Source of the DNA: an uncultured archaeon
GTDB taxonomy: Archaea; Asgardarchaeota; Thorarchaeia; Thorarchaeales; Thorarchaeaceae
Assembly: GCA_964558645.1 (NCBI GenBank)
Contig: CAZLEV010000004.1
Coordinates: forward strand, 53,472 to 107,341
Direction of reading: 5' to 3'
Length of the DNA: 53,870 nucleotides
Shown: positions 1 through 9,497 of the stretch, one piece after another
Numbering within the stretch: the first letter of the stretch is position 1
How the letters are laid out: each line of letters begins with the position of its first letter
The notes under the pieces: model-generated
What the model was told of the DNA's origin: nothing
Seen by the model: only the letters and a program-made list of their open reading frames with translations
Databases searched by the model: none
Position numbers and translations under genes: made by a program

Positions 1-1789
1 GTCGCAGAAGGAAATCCCAGATTGAGGGAATTGAAAGCTATCTTCCGTGCAAGACTGTGAAGTTCTTCGCGAATGGTCGCAGAAGGAAATCCCAGATTGA
101 GGGAATTGAAAGGACCATCACGAGCTGCGTTTTCATAGAAGATATTCAAATCGTCGCAGAAGGAAATCCCAGATTGAGGGAATTGAAAGGGGCACCAACG
201 TATTTGGGACTCTACATGACTGCGCAGGTCGCAGAAGGAAATCCCAGATTGAGGGAATTGAAAGGCGTGGCCGATGATCTTGGAGATGTTGTCCAGTGCT
301 AGCCGTCGCAGAAGGAAATCCCAGATTGAGGGAATTGAAAGGATTGTTACGCGATGATGATGATGTGTCTCGATTCTATGAGTCGCAGAAGGAAATCCCA
401 GATTGAGGGAATTGAAAGAGGAGAACGCCAGCACCTTCCAGACCCTCCGCGAGGAACGGGGTCGCAGAAGGAAATCCCAGATTGAGGGAATTGAAAGTGA
501 TATCGCAGGAGTACGGCACCGGCAAGTCCGTCATCGCGTCGCAGAAGGAAATCCCAGATTGAGGGAATTGAAAGCGCGGACGAGAAACAGAAACCCGACT
601 TCAACAAAGTCGCAGAAGGAAATCCCAGATTGAGGGAATTGAAAGGTTCGCTGCGTCTTTCTCGCTGCTCGGTTGCCTAGTCTGAGTCGCAGAAGGAAAT
701 CCCAGATTGAGGGAATTGAAAGAACCCTCTCAAGCAAGTTCTGAATCTGTGCTGTGTGCTTGGTCGCAGAAGGAAATCCCAGATTGAGGGAATTGAAAGA
801 CCATAAGCCTCATCCTCAACACAAGCCTGTTGAGCCTCAAGTCGCAGAAGGAAATCCCAGATTGAGGCAATTGAAAGGATACGGAGTCACCTGGATCGTC
901 TCGCCATCCTGACCGAGTCGCAGAAGGAAATCCCAGATTGAGGGAATTGAAAGCCATAGGCATGGCCGACGTGGTGTTCCTCTCGAAGCACTGTCGCAGA
1001 AGGAAATCCCAGATTGAGGGAATTGAAAGTAGCGGTATGTGTAGCATGTTGGGCATAGGAATCGCTCAGGTCGCAGAAGGAAATCCCAGATTGAGGGAAT
1101 TGAAAGGTAGCCTCGCACATGGGCAAGAAGCCCAGATAGCTCAAGGTCGCAGAAGGAAATCCCAGATTGAGGGAATTGAAAGTTTTCTTCCGTGTTGCTC
1201 ATTCGTTATCACCATGCGATAGTCGCAGAAGGAAATCCCAGATTGAGGGAATTGAAAGTTGAAGTCTTGAAACGTTATTTCATCGCCACAACATACGTCG
1301 CAGAAGGAAATCCCAGATTGAGGGAATTGAAAGCGTTGTCGTCAGCGTCGTAGACCGTGTAGGACGCGAGTGTCGCAGAAGGAAATCCCAGATTGAGGGA
1401 ATTGAAAGCGGAACACGAAATGTGCTAACAGCCCGTCCAGATGCAGCGTCGCAGAAGGAAATCCCAGATTGAGGGAATTGAAAGGAGTGTTGAAGCCGAA
1501 CGCTTTCATCTGGTGCTTTTCCTCTGTCGCAGAAGGAAATCCCAGATTGAGGGAATTGAAAGGCATCTTGTAGTGGTGAGCTCCACTCAGACTTATGATC
1601 CCGGTCGCAGAAGGAAATCCCAGATTGAGGGAATTGAAAGTTGTACTGGTTCTTGAGAGCGGTGGCCCTTGCGCTAGTCGCAGAAGGAAATCCCAGATTG
1701 AGGGAATTGAAAGCCGGTTGCTACGTTTGGGTACTTTGGCGAATGGTGGAATGTCGCAGAAGGAAATCCCAGATTAAGGGATTTGAAAG
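1..1789 (+). CRISPR. CRISPR array 1, repeat type A GTCGCAGAAGGAAATCCCAGATTGAGGGAATTGAAAG (37 nt), 24 repeats/23 spacers; leader end cut off by the window start
   Basis: Exact repeat with a period of about 75 nt. The 3' ATTGAAAG handle and the degenerate last repeat (1753-1789) give the + orientation. One internal variant at 841 (GGCAA). Confidence 0.98.
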
Positions 1790-1889
1790 GGATTTCAGAA
1801 ACACTAATGGAGCGCATGCATTTGCCAGAAGTCGGAATATCGAAGCAAGAGGTGGCGTCAGAAGTTGGCTGTTAAGTTCATCCGCGCAC

Positions 1890-2867
1890 TCAGTAGAGAT
1901 GGCATGCCACGTATCGCCCGTCCTCTACCTCCCTCAACTCTGGCACCTCTTCCGGACACCTGTCAAAGGCCTTGGGGCACCTCGGATGGAACCGACAACC
2001 GCTCGGAGGGTCGATGGCACTGGGAATCTCGCCTCGTGGGAGCTTCTCCTTCTTCTTGACCTTGGGGTCTGGGACCGGGATAGCGCTCATGAGTCCCTCA
2101 GTATATGGATGCAGTGGGTCCTCATAGATCTGGTCCTTATCAGCAATCTCGATGAGTTTACCAAGGTACATGATTGCAATCCGGTCGCATACATGCCGAG
2201 CCGTGGCAAGGTCGTGAGAGATGAAGAGGTACGTGAGATTGAACTCGCGTTTCAGATCCAACATCAGTTCGAGCAGCTGCGCCTTAATTGACACATCCAC
2301 CATAGCCACAGGTTCGTCCGTGACAACAAACTCCGGATTCAAGACAATGGCCCTTCCGAAGACGACTCGCTGTTTCTGCCCACCGGAGAGCTGATGCGGA
2401 CGTCTGTTGTAGAATGAACTTGCAGGAGAGAGACCCACCTGTTCGAGCACCTGCTCCACGCGCGCCTTGCGCCCCTCTTCTGTGCCTATCCCCTGAAACC
2501 TGAGTGCATCTGCAATTGCATCGCCGATAGACAGACGGGGATTGAGCGAGGAGGACGGGTCTTGGAATGTGAACTGAATCTTTCGTCGCATTCGTCGGAG
2601 CTCGTCGCCCTCAAGTGAGGCGATATCTTTCCCCTCGTAGAGTATCTCGCCCTCTGTGGGATCAATGAGGCGAACGCACAGTCGTCCCATGGTCGTCTTA
2701 CCAGACCCGCTCTCGCCAGCCAAGCCTAGGACTTCACCCCTCATGATATCAAAGGACACATCATCAACAGCCTTCACAAAGGTCTGCTCTTTGGTCAGGA
2801 GCTGTTCCAAGAAGCTCTTCTGAACCGGGAAGTACTTCCTGACATTCTTGACTTCAACCAGTTTCAT
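1890..2867 (-). CDS. oppF: Oligopeptide/dipeptide ABC transporter ATPase (OppF/DppF type)
   Basis: GESGSGKT Walker A, LSGGQKQR, DEP, C-terminal HPYT/GCRFHPRC. Start trimmed to the ATG at 2867, which follows a GGAGGA SD. Confidence 0.93.
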   Translation of the reverse strand: MKLVEVKNVRKYFPVQKSFLEQLLTKEQTFVKAVDDVSFDIMRGEVLGLAGESGSGKTTMGRLCVRLIDPTEGEILYEGKDIASLEGDELRRMRRKIQFTFQDPSSSLNPRLSIGDAIADALRFQGIGTEEGRKARVEQVLEQVGLSPASSFYNRRPHQLSGGQKQRVVFGRAIVLNPEFVVTDEPVAMVDVSIKAQLLELMLDLKREFNLTYLFISHDLATARHVCDRIAIMYLGKLIEIADKDQIYEDPLHPYTEGLMSAIPVPDPKVKKKEKLPRGEIPSAIDPPSGCRFHPRCPKAFDRCPEEVPELREVEDGRYVACHLY

Positions 2868-2868
2868 T

Positions 2869-3882
2869 CTATCTCCTCCCGTATAGATGACAGGCGACGA
2901 AGCCGCCAGCATCGCTCTCAATCAGGTGTGGTTCTTCCACCTTGCAGATGTCCATGGCATGGGAACAACGGGGATGGTACATGCAACCCGGTGGCGGGTC
3001 CACAAGATCCGGTGGTGCGCCGGCAATCCATTCGAGCTTCTTCTCTGGTCTTGTCACATCAGGGACTGACTGGAGAAGTGCCTCGCTATAGGGGTGTTGA
3101 GGAAACTCAAACAATGCCTCAGTCGTGTTCTTCTCCACCAGACGCCCCGCGTACATAATCGCAATATCATCAGCTGTCTGAGCCAGAACACCAAGATTGT
3201 GTGTGATGAGGATCATGGTCAGATTGAAGGTATCTTTCAGTTCCTGAATCTCTTCAAGTATCTGGGCCTCAACTATGACATCGAGGGATGTTGTTGGTTC
3301 ATCCGATATCAAGAGCCGGGGACGCATTACCAATGAGAGACCAATCATCACCCGCTGGCGCATCCCCCCGCTGAACTGGTGCGGATAGTCTGTGATGCGT
3401 TCGGCCTTAATCCCCAGCGACTTCAGGACCTCCTTCGCGCGTTCCAAAGCTTCAGTCTCCTCCATCTGTGAATCATGTGCCTTTTGTATCTGAACAAAGT
3501 GATCTCCGATGCTGAGCATTGGATTCAAAGATGTCATTGGGTCTTGGAAGATGTAGGCAATCTTGCTGCCGCGAAGTGCTCTCATCTGATCGTCATTCAT
3601 CTCAAGAATGCGAATGTCTCCCTTCGGAATGATGCCACCTTTCCACGGCTGGTCATGGTCGATGTTGAGGACAATGTCGCCACTCACGATTCGGCCAGGA
3701 TACGGAACCAGACGCATGATCGAGCGACCAAGGGTGGACTTTCCACAGCCAGACTCGCCTGCAAGACCAAGGGTCCTATTCTCCGGGAGCGTCAGTGAGA
3801 CTCTGTCTACGGCTCTTGCTGTACCTCGTCTGGTCTCGTATTCGACAACTAGGTCCCTGATAGATAGAACGTCAGCCATCAT
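2869..3882 (-). CDS. oppD: Oligopeptide/dipeptide ABC transporter ATPase (OppD/DppD type)
   Basis: GESGCGKS, FQDPMTSLNP, FSGGMRQR, DEPTT, HPYS motifs. Confidence 0.93.
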   Translation of the reverse strand: MMADVLSIRDLVVEYETRRGTARAVDRVSLTLPENRTLGLAGESGCGKSTLGRSIMRLVPYPGRIVSGDIVLNIDHDQPWKGGIIPKGDIRILEMNDDQMRALRGSKIAYIFQDPMTSLNPMLSIGDHFVQIQKAHDSQMEETEALERAKEVLKSLGIKAERITDYPHQFSGGMRQRVMIGLSLVMRPRLLISDEPTTSLDVIVEAQILEEIQELKDTFNLTMILITHNLGVLAQTADDIAIMYAGRLVEKNTTEALFEFPQHPYSEALLQSVPDVTRPEKKLEWIAGAPPDLVDPPPGCMYHPRCSHAMDICKVEEPHLIESDAGGFVACHLYGRR

Positions 3883-5142
3883 TTACTCCCTCAGTTTTGG
3901 CGTCAATATCTCATTCAGGCCGTCCCCCGTGAGTGTGAATCCTAGAGCAAGGAGGACTATCATGAGTCCAGGGAAGCTCGATATCCACCATGCCCCAACA
4001 ATGAGGACATCGAATCCGAGAGTCAGATCCCATCCCCAGTCAGCAATGTCTATCGGCAACCCAAGTCCAACAAATGTGAGTCCAGCAGCTGTGAGTATCG
4101 CATCTGCAAAGTTGATTGACATGATTACCACAGCGGACGGGAGAACGTTAGGCAGTATGTATCTCAGAAGGATGTGCCTGTCCTTGGCTCCTATTACAAC
4201 TGCAGCCTCAACATAGGGCAGTTCTCGAATCGTCACCACCTGACTTCTGACCACTCTGAAGTAAGAGGGGATGTACACCACTGCGATTGCAATGGCCATG
4301 TTCACAACTCCGGGTCCCAGAATAGCCGATATCGCGATGGCCAGCACAAGACCGGGAAATGCGAAGATACTGTCCATTGCAAGGCCAATCCCACGGTCCA
4401 GATACCCGCCGTAGTAAGCCGAGATGAGTCCGACCGGTACTCCAATACCAAAACAGACGACAACCGAGAGGACAGCAACTTGCAGCATCGTGGCACCCCC
4501 GGCAATGACCCGACTCAACATGTCCTGGCCCAAGGATGTTGTACCCAATGGAAAGTTCGGATTGGGTGGTTCTCGGATACCGCCTACATTGATGCTGAAC
4601 GGATTGAAGGGAACTATCCAGTTTGATATGATAGTCATGTAGACGATAGCAAACACAATCAGCAGGCCTGCAGTGGAAAAGAGGCCCGGGGATCCATGTA
4701 TTTTCAACCGCGGATACCCCTCATATACTAGAAACAGGATTGCAGATAGGACAATTCCCCCGCCAACAGCCACCTGCCAGAATCCGTAGGGGTTATCAGG
4801 GGATATCAGGAAACTGACTGGCAGAATTGCCAGCACCAGGGCTGCGAGTATCGCAGAGAGGCGAAGATAGGCCCCTCGTTCCAGCTGGAAACTGTCTGGA
4901 CGCATGGCCTTGAGGACTACCCATACGAAGAACAGCGGAAACGCAATGCTGAAGGTCGATAATACAACCTGAAGTCCCAGTCCGCTGTTGGCGCGCAAAG
5001 ACAGGCCGATAAGCCCACCCACGGTGAGAAGCGCAAGAAGGGTCAGAAAGACAACTGCGAGCCACCACCGTCGCGAGTAAGTCTGGACACGATCCTTTCT
5101 TTCGGACAGATAGAGAAACACCCCTTTCACAGTACTAGTCAC
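3883..5142 (-). CDS. oppC: Peptide ABC transporter permease (OppC/DppC) with an extra N-terminal membrane region
   Basis: PLGTTSLGQDMLSRV, EAA loop (YVEAAVVIGA), ILPNV, WWISSFPG. About 150 aa of additional hydrophobic N-terminus. Confidence 0.9.
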   Translation of the reverse strand: MTSTVKGVFLYLSERKDRVQTYSRRWWLAVVFLTLLALLTVGGLIGLSLRANSGLGLQVVLSTFSIAFPLFFVWVVLKAMRPDSFQLERGAYLRLSAILAALVLAILPVSFLISPDNPYGFWQVAVGGGIVLSAILFLVYEGYPRLKIHGSPGLFSTAGLLIVFAIVYMTIISNWIVPFNPFSINVGGIREPPNPNFPLGTTSLGQDMLSRVIAGGATMLQVAVLSVVVCFGIGVPVGLISAYYGGYLDRGIGLAMDSIFAFPGLVLAIAISAILGPGVVNMAIAIAVVYIPSYFRVVRSQVVTIRELPYVEAAVVIGAKDRHILLRYILPNVLPSAVVIMSINFADAILTAAGLTFVGLGLPIDIADWGWDLTLGFDVLIVGAWWISSFPGLMIVLLALGFTLTGDGLNEILTPKLRE

Positions 5143-5153
5143 ATTCTCACTCC

Positions 5154-6173
5154 CTACAATCTGATTCGTGGGTCAAGATAGGCATACAGCAGGTCCATGA
5201 CCAGGGTCACCAGACTAACGAGTATCCCAAAGAAGACAACAGTCCCCTGAATTCCAGTATAGTCGCGGTGGTTTATTCGATCCACCAAGTAGGTGCCGAG
5301 GCCCAACCAGTTGAAAGTGGTCTCGGTGAGTACAGCTCCTGCAAGAAGCGTGGCAAACTGAAGACCAATCATGGTCATTATGGGGAGGAAGGCATTCCTC
5401 AGAGCGTAACCATATGTCACCAAGCTGTCCGAGAGACCTCGTGCCTCGGCAGCAACCACGAAGTCCATCCGAAGGGTCTCGAGCATATTCGTTCTTGTCA
5501 GGCGTACGAATATTCCACACAGAATAATCCCGAGAGTGAGAGAAGGTAGAAGGATGTATGAAGCGGCCATGAAGAACGCTGAAGGGTTGAGAGTCAGAAT
5601 TGCATCGATAGTATACATGCCTGTTACGTGTGTGGGGAGTGGATAACGAGGATTCCATCTGCCATTCACAGGAAGGATTCCGAGCCAGATTCCAAAGACG
5701 AACTGCAAGATCATGCCCAGAAAGAAGACAGGGATGGCATACGTGATGATTCCAAACAGTCGGATTCCGTGATCAGATGCTTTGTCGTAGCTCTTGGATG
5801 ACTTGACTCCAAGAAAGACCCCCACTAACACAGCAAACAACATCGAGTATATCGTCAGTTCGAGCGTGGCAGGAAATCGGCCTACCAAGTGTACACTGAC
5901 GGGGCTGAAGTCATGCATGGAGAGGCCAAAATCGCCCACTAACAGCCCCCCCAGATAATTGAAGTATTGCTCCCATATGGGGACATCCAAGCCGAGCCTC
6001 GCCCTGAAAGAGGCAAGGGTTGCAGGGTCAACGTTCTTCTCAAAGTGCAAGAGGGCAGGGTCGCCGGGGAGTACACGCAATATCATGAACACAATGGTCA
6101 GCAGAAACATGACCATAGGGATTGTCAACAGTATTCTTCCGATAACATAAGACCGCAGAGTCATTTCATCCAC
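5154..6173 (-). CDS. oppB: Peptide ABC transporter permease (OppB/DppB)
   Basis: LPGDPA, LGLDVP, RFPATLEL, AEARGL, ETTFNW, RDY motifs. Confidence 0.92.
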   Translation of the reverse strand: MDEMTLRSYVIGRILLTIPMVMFLLTIVFMILRVLPGDPALLHFEKNVDPATLASFRARLGLDVPIWEQYFNYLGGLLVGDFGLSMHDFSPVSVHLVGRFPATLELTIYSMLFAVLVGVFLGVKSSKSYDKASDHGIRLFGIITYAIPVFFLGMILQFVFGIWLGILPVNGRWNPRYPLPTHVTGMYTIDAILTLNPSAFFMAASYILLPSLTLGIILCGIFVRLTRTNMLETLRMDFVVAAEARGLSDSLVTYGYALRNAFLPIMTMIGLQFATLLAGAVLTETTFNWLGLGTYLVDRINHRDYTGIQGTVVFFGILVSLVTLVMDLLYAYLDPRIRL

Positions 6174-6290
6174 GCTCCCGAATCAAAGACCGACTTGAGA
6201 GGATAGTCCTGAACCATGTGATAAGACCTTCGTATCTATGAGTTGCTACGATTAAGTGCCTTGAGAACCACGTAACTGTGTCGCAGTGCC

Positions 6291-6335
6291 GAAAAAAGGG
6301 GAAGAGGGTGCTACTCAGAAGTAGCACCGTTTTTG
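6291..6335 (-). terminator. Hairpin plus T-rich tract downstream of oppA
   Basis: GGTGCTACT-caga-AGTAGCACC 9-bp stem (6307-6328), followed on the - strand by CTCTTCCCCTTTTTT. Confidence 0.6.
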
Positions 6336-6342
6336 TCCTGTG

Positions 6343-7974
6343 TTAGGTTCCCCAGTATACAAGCCAATGGCGCCAGTTCACAGTGATATCAAGGATGATA
6401 CCTTCGATGCCTGCAAGACTGACCGCATTGTTCTGCCCCTGCCAGAGAGGAATGAGTGAAACCTCTTCGGCCTGAAGATCTTGTAGGTCGAAGTATGCCG
6501 CCTCGCGAGCCACATCAGTCTGGGCGCTTCGCCCGGCCACCCACAGATTATACTGCTGAACTCCACCAGCAGGATATGTTTCATTGTAGCCCATGTTGAG
6601 CCACGATGCAAAGGGCAAGAAACCGTAGTTGTCAGGATCTATGTAGTCAGGGTACCAACCGTAGATGAACACTGGCATGGTGCCGGCGTTTCTCTGTTGC
6701 CGATAGGTTGGCCAATCAGCACTGTGTAGATTGACCGTGATGACACCGCTTCCCTCCAAGTCCGACTTGTACACGGTTGCTTGGGCCTCACTCGATGGAT
6801 AGTGCCCGGAACTCTCATACCAAAGGTCAATGACGAGTTTGTTCGTTTCATTATACCCGAACTCAGCAAGGCATTCCTGCGTATACGTGTAGTTCGCGTC
6901 GCCATATACCTCGAATGACGGTTTGTGGTACGCCATTCCGGCCGGAACAACACTGTACAGTGGGTCAACGGTTCCCTCGAACACTGTCGCGGCAATGTTG
7001 GATCTGTTCAATGCAGCAGCCACTCCCTGTCTGATCAGAGTTTCGTTGAACGGGTAGATTCTCTGCTGGAAGAGCATGTACTGGATTGAAGCACCAACAC
7101 CCTCCCAAACGTGGAAGTTGGTGTTGCCCTTGAAGTTGTCAATCTGCGCTGGAGTCAAGTGTCTGTAAGCGATGTCAATCTCGCGAGATGTCATTGCTGA
7201 TGCCAGTGCTGTGTCTGTCGAGTAGAACTGGATTATTATGACATCTGTCTTCGGCACATTTGGATAGTCCCAGTAGTTGGGATTTGCCTCAAGACGCATG
7301 AGGGTATCCGTGCCACCCACTCGAGTCCAATTAGCAAGCACGTAGGGACCCAGATCGTTGGGATGACTTGCCCGAGGACCTGCCGCGGCATTATATTCAA
7401 CATACGTGGTATCATCCTTGAAGTCTGGGTGGATGATATACGATGCAGCACAGGACATGAGCTGAAGGAATGGTGCAAAAGCCATGTGCAGATTGAAACG
7501 GACCTCATATTCAGACAATACAACAATCTCGTCGATGACGTCACCATAGCCCATATTGAGCTGTGGCCCATCTTCGAGAGCCATGTTGATGTTTCGTTCA
7601 AAAGACCATTTCACACACGACGCGTTGAAGGGTTTACCATCGTAGTATGTCAGCCCCTCTCTAAGCACAAAGTCCCATTGCGTCTTGGTCTCATCGACCG
7701 TCCACGATTCCGCTAACGCACCCCGAATGTCGTCAGGACCCGCTGACGTTCCGGGGATGATTTCCACTAGCCCCGCTCCAAGCGAGGTTATGATTTCCCA
7801 CCCGAAGTAGTCATATGATTGAGCCGGGTCGATGCTAGCCTCCACCGAGTCAGTCGTCCCAAAGACTATTGTTGATTCTGTTGGGAGGATCTGCGGACTC
7901 AGCAGGACATAGGCTGCAGCTGCGCCGACTATTATTACTATGACTACTATAGCGATTGTTTGATTCTTCTCCAA
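6343..7974 (-). CDS. oppA: Peptide ABC transporter substrate-binding protein (SBP family 5), N-terminal membrane anchor
   Basis: IDPA, LAESW, F.LREGL..YDG.PFNA, GPY, LEANPNYW, GWYPDYIDPD. Probable TTG start at 7974 after GGAGGT. Confidence 0.92.
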   Translation of the reverse strand: MEKNQTIAIVVIVIIVGAAAAYVLLSPQILPTESTIVFGTTDSVEASIDPAQSYDYFGWEIITSLGAGLVEIIPGTSAGPDDIRGALAESWTVDETKTQWDFVLREGLTYYDGKPFNASCVKWSFERNINMALEDGPQLNMGYGDVIDEIVVLSEYEVRFNLHMAFAPFLQLMSCAASYIIHPDFKDDTTYVEYNAAAGPRASHPNDLGPYVLANWTRVGGTDTLMRLEANPNYWDYPNVPKTDVIIIQFYSTDTALASAMTSREIDIAYRHLTPAQIDNFKGNTNFHVWEGVGASIQYMLFQQRIYPFNETLIRQGVAAALNRSNIAATVFEGTVDPLYSVVPAGMAYHKPSFEVYGDANYTYTQECLAEFGYNETNKLVIDLWYESSGHYPSSEAQATVYKSDLEGSGVITVNLHSADWPTYRQQRNAGTMPVFIYGWYPDYIDPDNYGFLPFASWLNMGYNETYPAGGVQQYNLWVAGRSAQTDVAREAAYFDLQDLQAEEVSLIPLWQGQNNAVSLAGIEGIILDITVNWRHWLVYWGT

Positions 7975-8034
7975 TAGTAGACCTCCTGGAAAAATTCGCA
8001 AGAGTGATGCGAACCAATGAAACAAGCGCAGCCC

Positions 8035-8048
8035 GGTATATAAGTTAT
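8035..8048 (-). promoter_or_regulatory. Archaeal TATA box for oppA
   Basis: CATAACTTATATACC on the - strand, about 60 nt upstream of the start. Confidence 0.5.
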
Positions 8049-8247
8049 GCCAGTTGCGTAATCTTCTAAGCGCCTAGAAGTTCAACCAAATGATTCATCG
8101 CCTGTACTACTAGCTGAACAGTTTCCAGAGGATTGCAGGACTCAGCTTGAACTCACTGTGCTGAAGATGTAAACATGAGTCCAGCAGAGATTGCCTGAAC
8201 CCGCTTCATGAGTGGACATACTTCCAAGCAGTCCCTAGGGCCTCTGC

Positions 8248-9351
8248 TCAGCTGACAGGCTCATACACAATACCAAGTTCATCGGCCTTCTCAAATGCCC
8301 GCTTCAGCTCACTCTGATTCACCCGTCGACTGATATCAGGATACTCACGCGGATTCCGACGTACCTTGTGCTCTGGTCTGTACTGGCCCATGATGTTGAC
8401 CATGCAGCGAGGTATGTTCTCCGCAATCCATTCAAGAATCGGCACAGTGCAGCACTCTACATGGTTGGGCATGACGAGATGACGAACAATGACCTCTCCA
8501 TGTTCGTAGGCGATCTGATGGTTTCGCGAAACCACATCGAAGTAGTTCGCCACTCCGGATAGCCGCTGCCCACACTCATTATTTCCGTACTTGAAATCAG
8601 GTAGCCAGACATCGATGACATCAGACAACAGCCTCATGGTTTCCATCGAGCAATATAGGTTGGAGTTCCAGAGTTGTGTCACGTTGGAGCTCTGAAAGAT
8701 CATCGAGCCGATGATGGTATGGGTGTTGGGAATGGGGTCTCCGCCGACGTAGTTGATATTGAGGGCACCGTCCTGATAGAGATGCTCTGCAATGTCTGCG
8801 AGTTCTTGGGCGGTAACAACCCGACCTGCATTTGGATTGGTGGAGATGTCCTGGTTCTGACAGAAGACGCAGCCGAAACAGCACGAGGCGAAGAAGATGG
8901 TCCCGCTGGGCACAAGGGGGGCCTCCTCACCGGTGTGGAGGAAATACGATGACACCTGCGAGTCTGAGTCGAGCTTGCACCAGCCAGTCTCATCCTTTGT
9001 CCTGTCAACACCGCACTTCCGCTCGCAGAAGTGACACGATTGGAGGATCCGCTGTGCCAGCTCAGCCTTCACGTCAACGAGGCTTGGCCCATCCATCTCG
9101 TCACGCCGGAACTCGACACCCCTCTCATCGACTTTGCGGAGGTACTCTTCAAATTCCTCTGAGAGAACACCATGCTGTTGCCAGAGCTCGTCCACTGAAT
9201 CATTGAGGTCAATCTCACAACAGATGTCTTTTGCAAGCAGGTACTTTGCCCAGCGCTTCTTGTCGATGATGTCACGATAACGAGATAACCTGCGCACTAC
9301 CTCGGGGTTCTTCCATACTCGAGATACATCAGGCCTTAGGTATCGCCACAT
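8248..9351 (-). CDS. Radical SAM protein, PflX-like (pyruvate formate-lyase activating enzyme-related)
   Basis: CxxxCxxC (CCFGCVFCQN), CHFCERKCGVDR, GEEAPLVPSGTIFF, DFKYGN, RHLVMPNH. Start trimmed to MWRYL at 9351, with TTTTATCA about 25 nt upstream (probably leaderless). Confidence 0.88.
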   Translation of the reverse strand: MWRYLRPDVSRVWKNPEVVRRLSRYRDIIDKKRWAKYLLAKDICCEIDLNDSVDELWQQHGVLSEEFEEYLRKVDERGVEFRRDEMDGPSLVDVKAELAQRILQSCHFCERKCGVDRTKDETGWCKLDSDSQVSSYFLHTGEEAPLVPSGTIFFASCCFGCVFCQNQDISTNPNAGRVVTAQELADIAEHLYQDGALNINYVGGDPIPNTHTIIGSMIFQSSNVTQLWNSNLYCSMETMRLLSDVIDVWLPDFKYGNNECGQRLSGVANYFDVVSRNHQIAYEHGEVIVRHLVMPNHVECCTVPILEWIAENIPRCMVNIMGQYRPEHKVRRNPREYPDISRRVNQSELKRAFEKADELGIVYEPVS

Positions 9352-9497
9352 GGTGGTTAAGAAGCACAGAGCAATGATAAAAGGTGTATGAAGGGTGAAG
9401 TTTTTCGGCGGCGGCAAAGAACAAGACTGTACAGCTTCAGAGGAACCACCACCCAATTGAAGAGATACTCTGACTTCTATCGGACATTGTTTGCTCC

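Noticed and set aside
800-840. Array 1 spacer CATCCTCAACACAAGCC resembles the reverse complement of the array 2 spacer at about 31841-31879
   Set aside because: Short partial match with unrelated flanks; likely chance.
57-1777. ORFs with repeated VAEGNPRLRELK/RRRKSQIEGIE peptides (also in 29231-31940 and 48053-53690)
   Set aside because: These are translations of CRISPR repeats, not proteins.
1641-2291. 216-aa + strand ORF and other long antisense ORFs over the opp, purB and cas genes
   Set aside because: Shadow frames of well-supported genes on the opposite strand.
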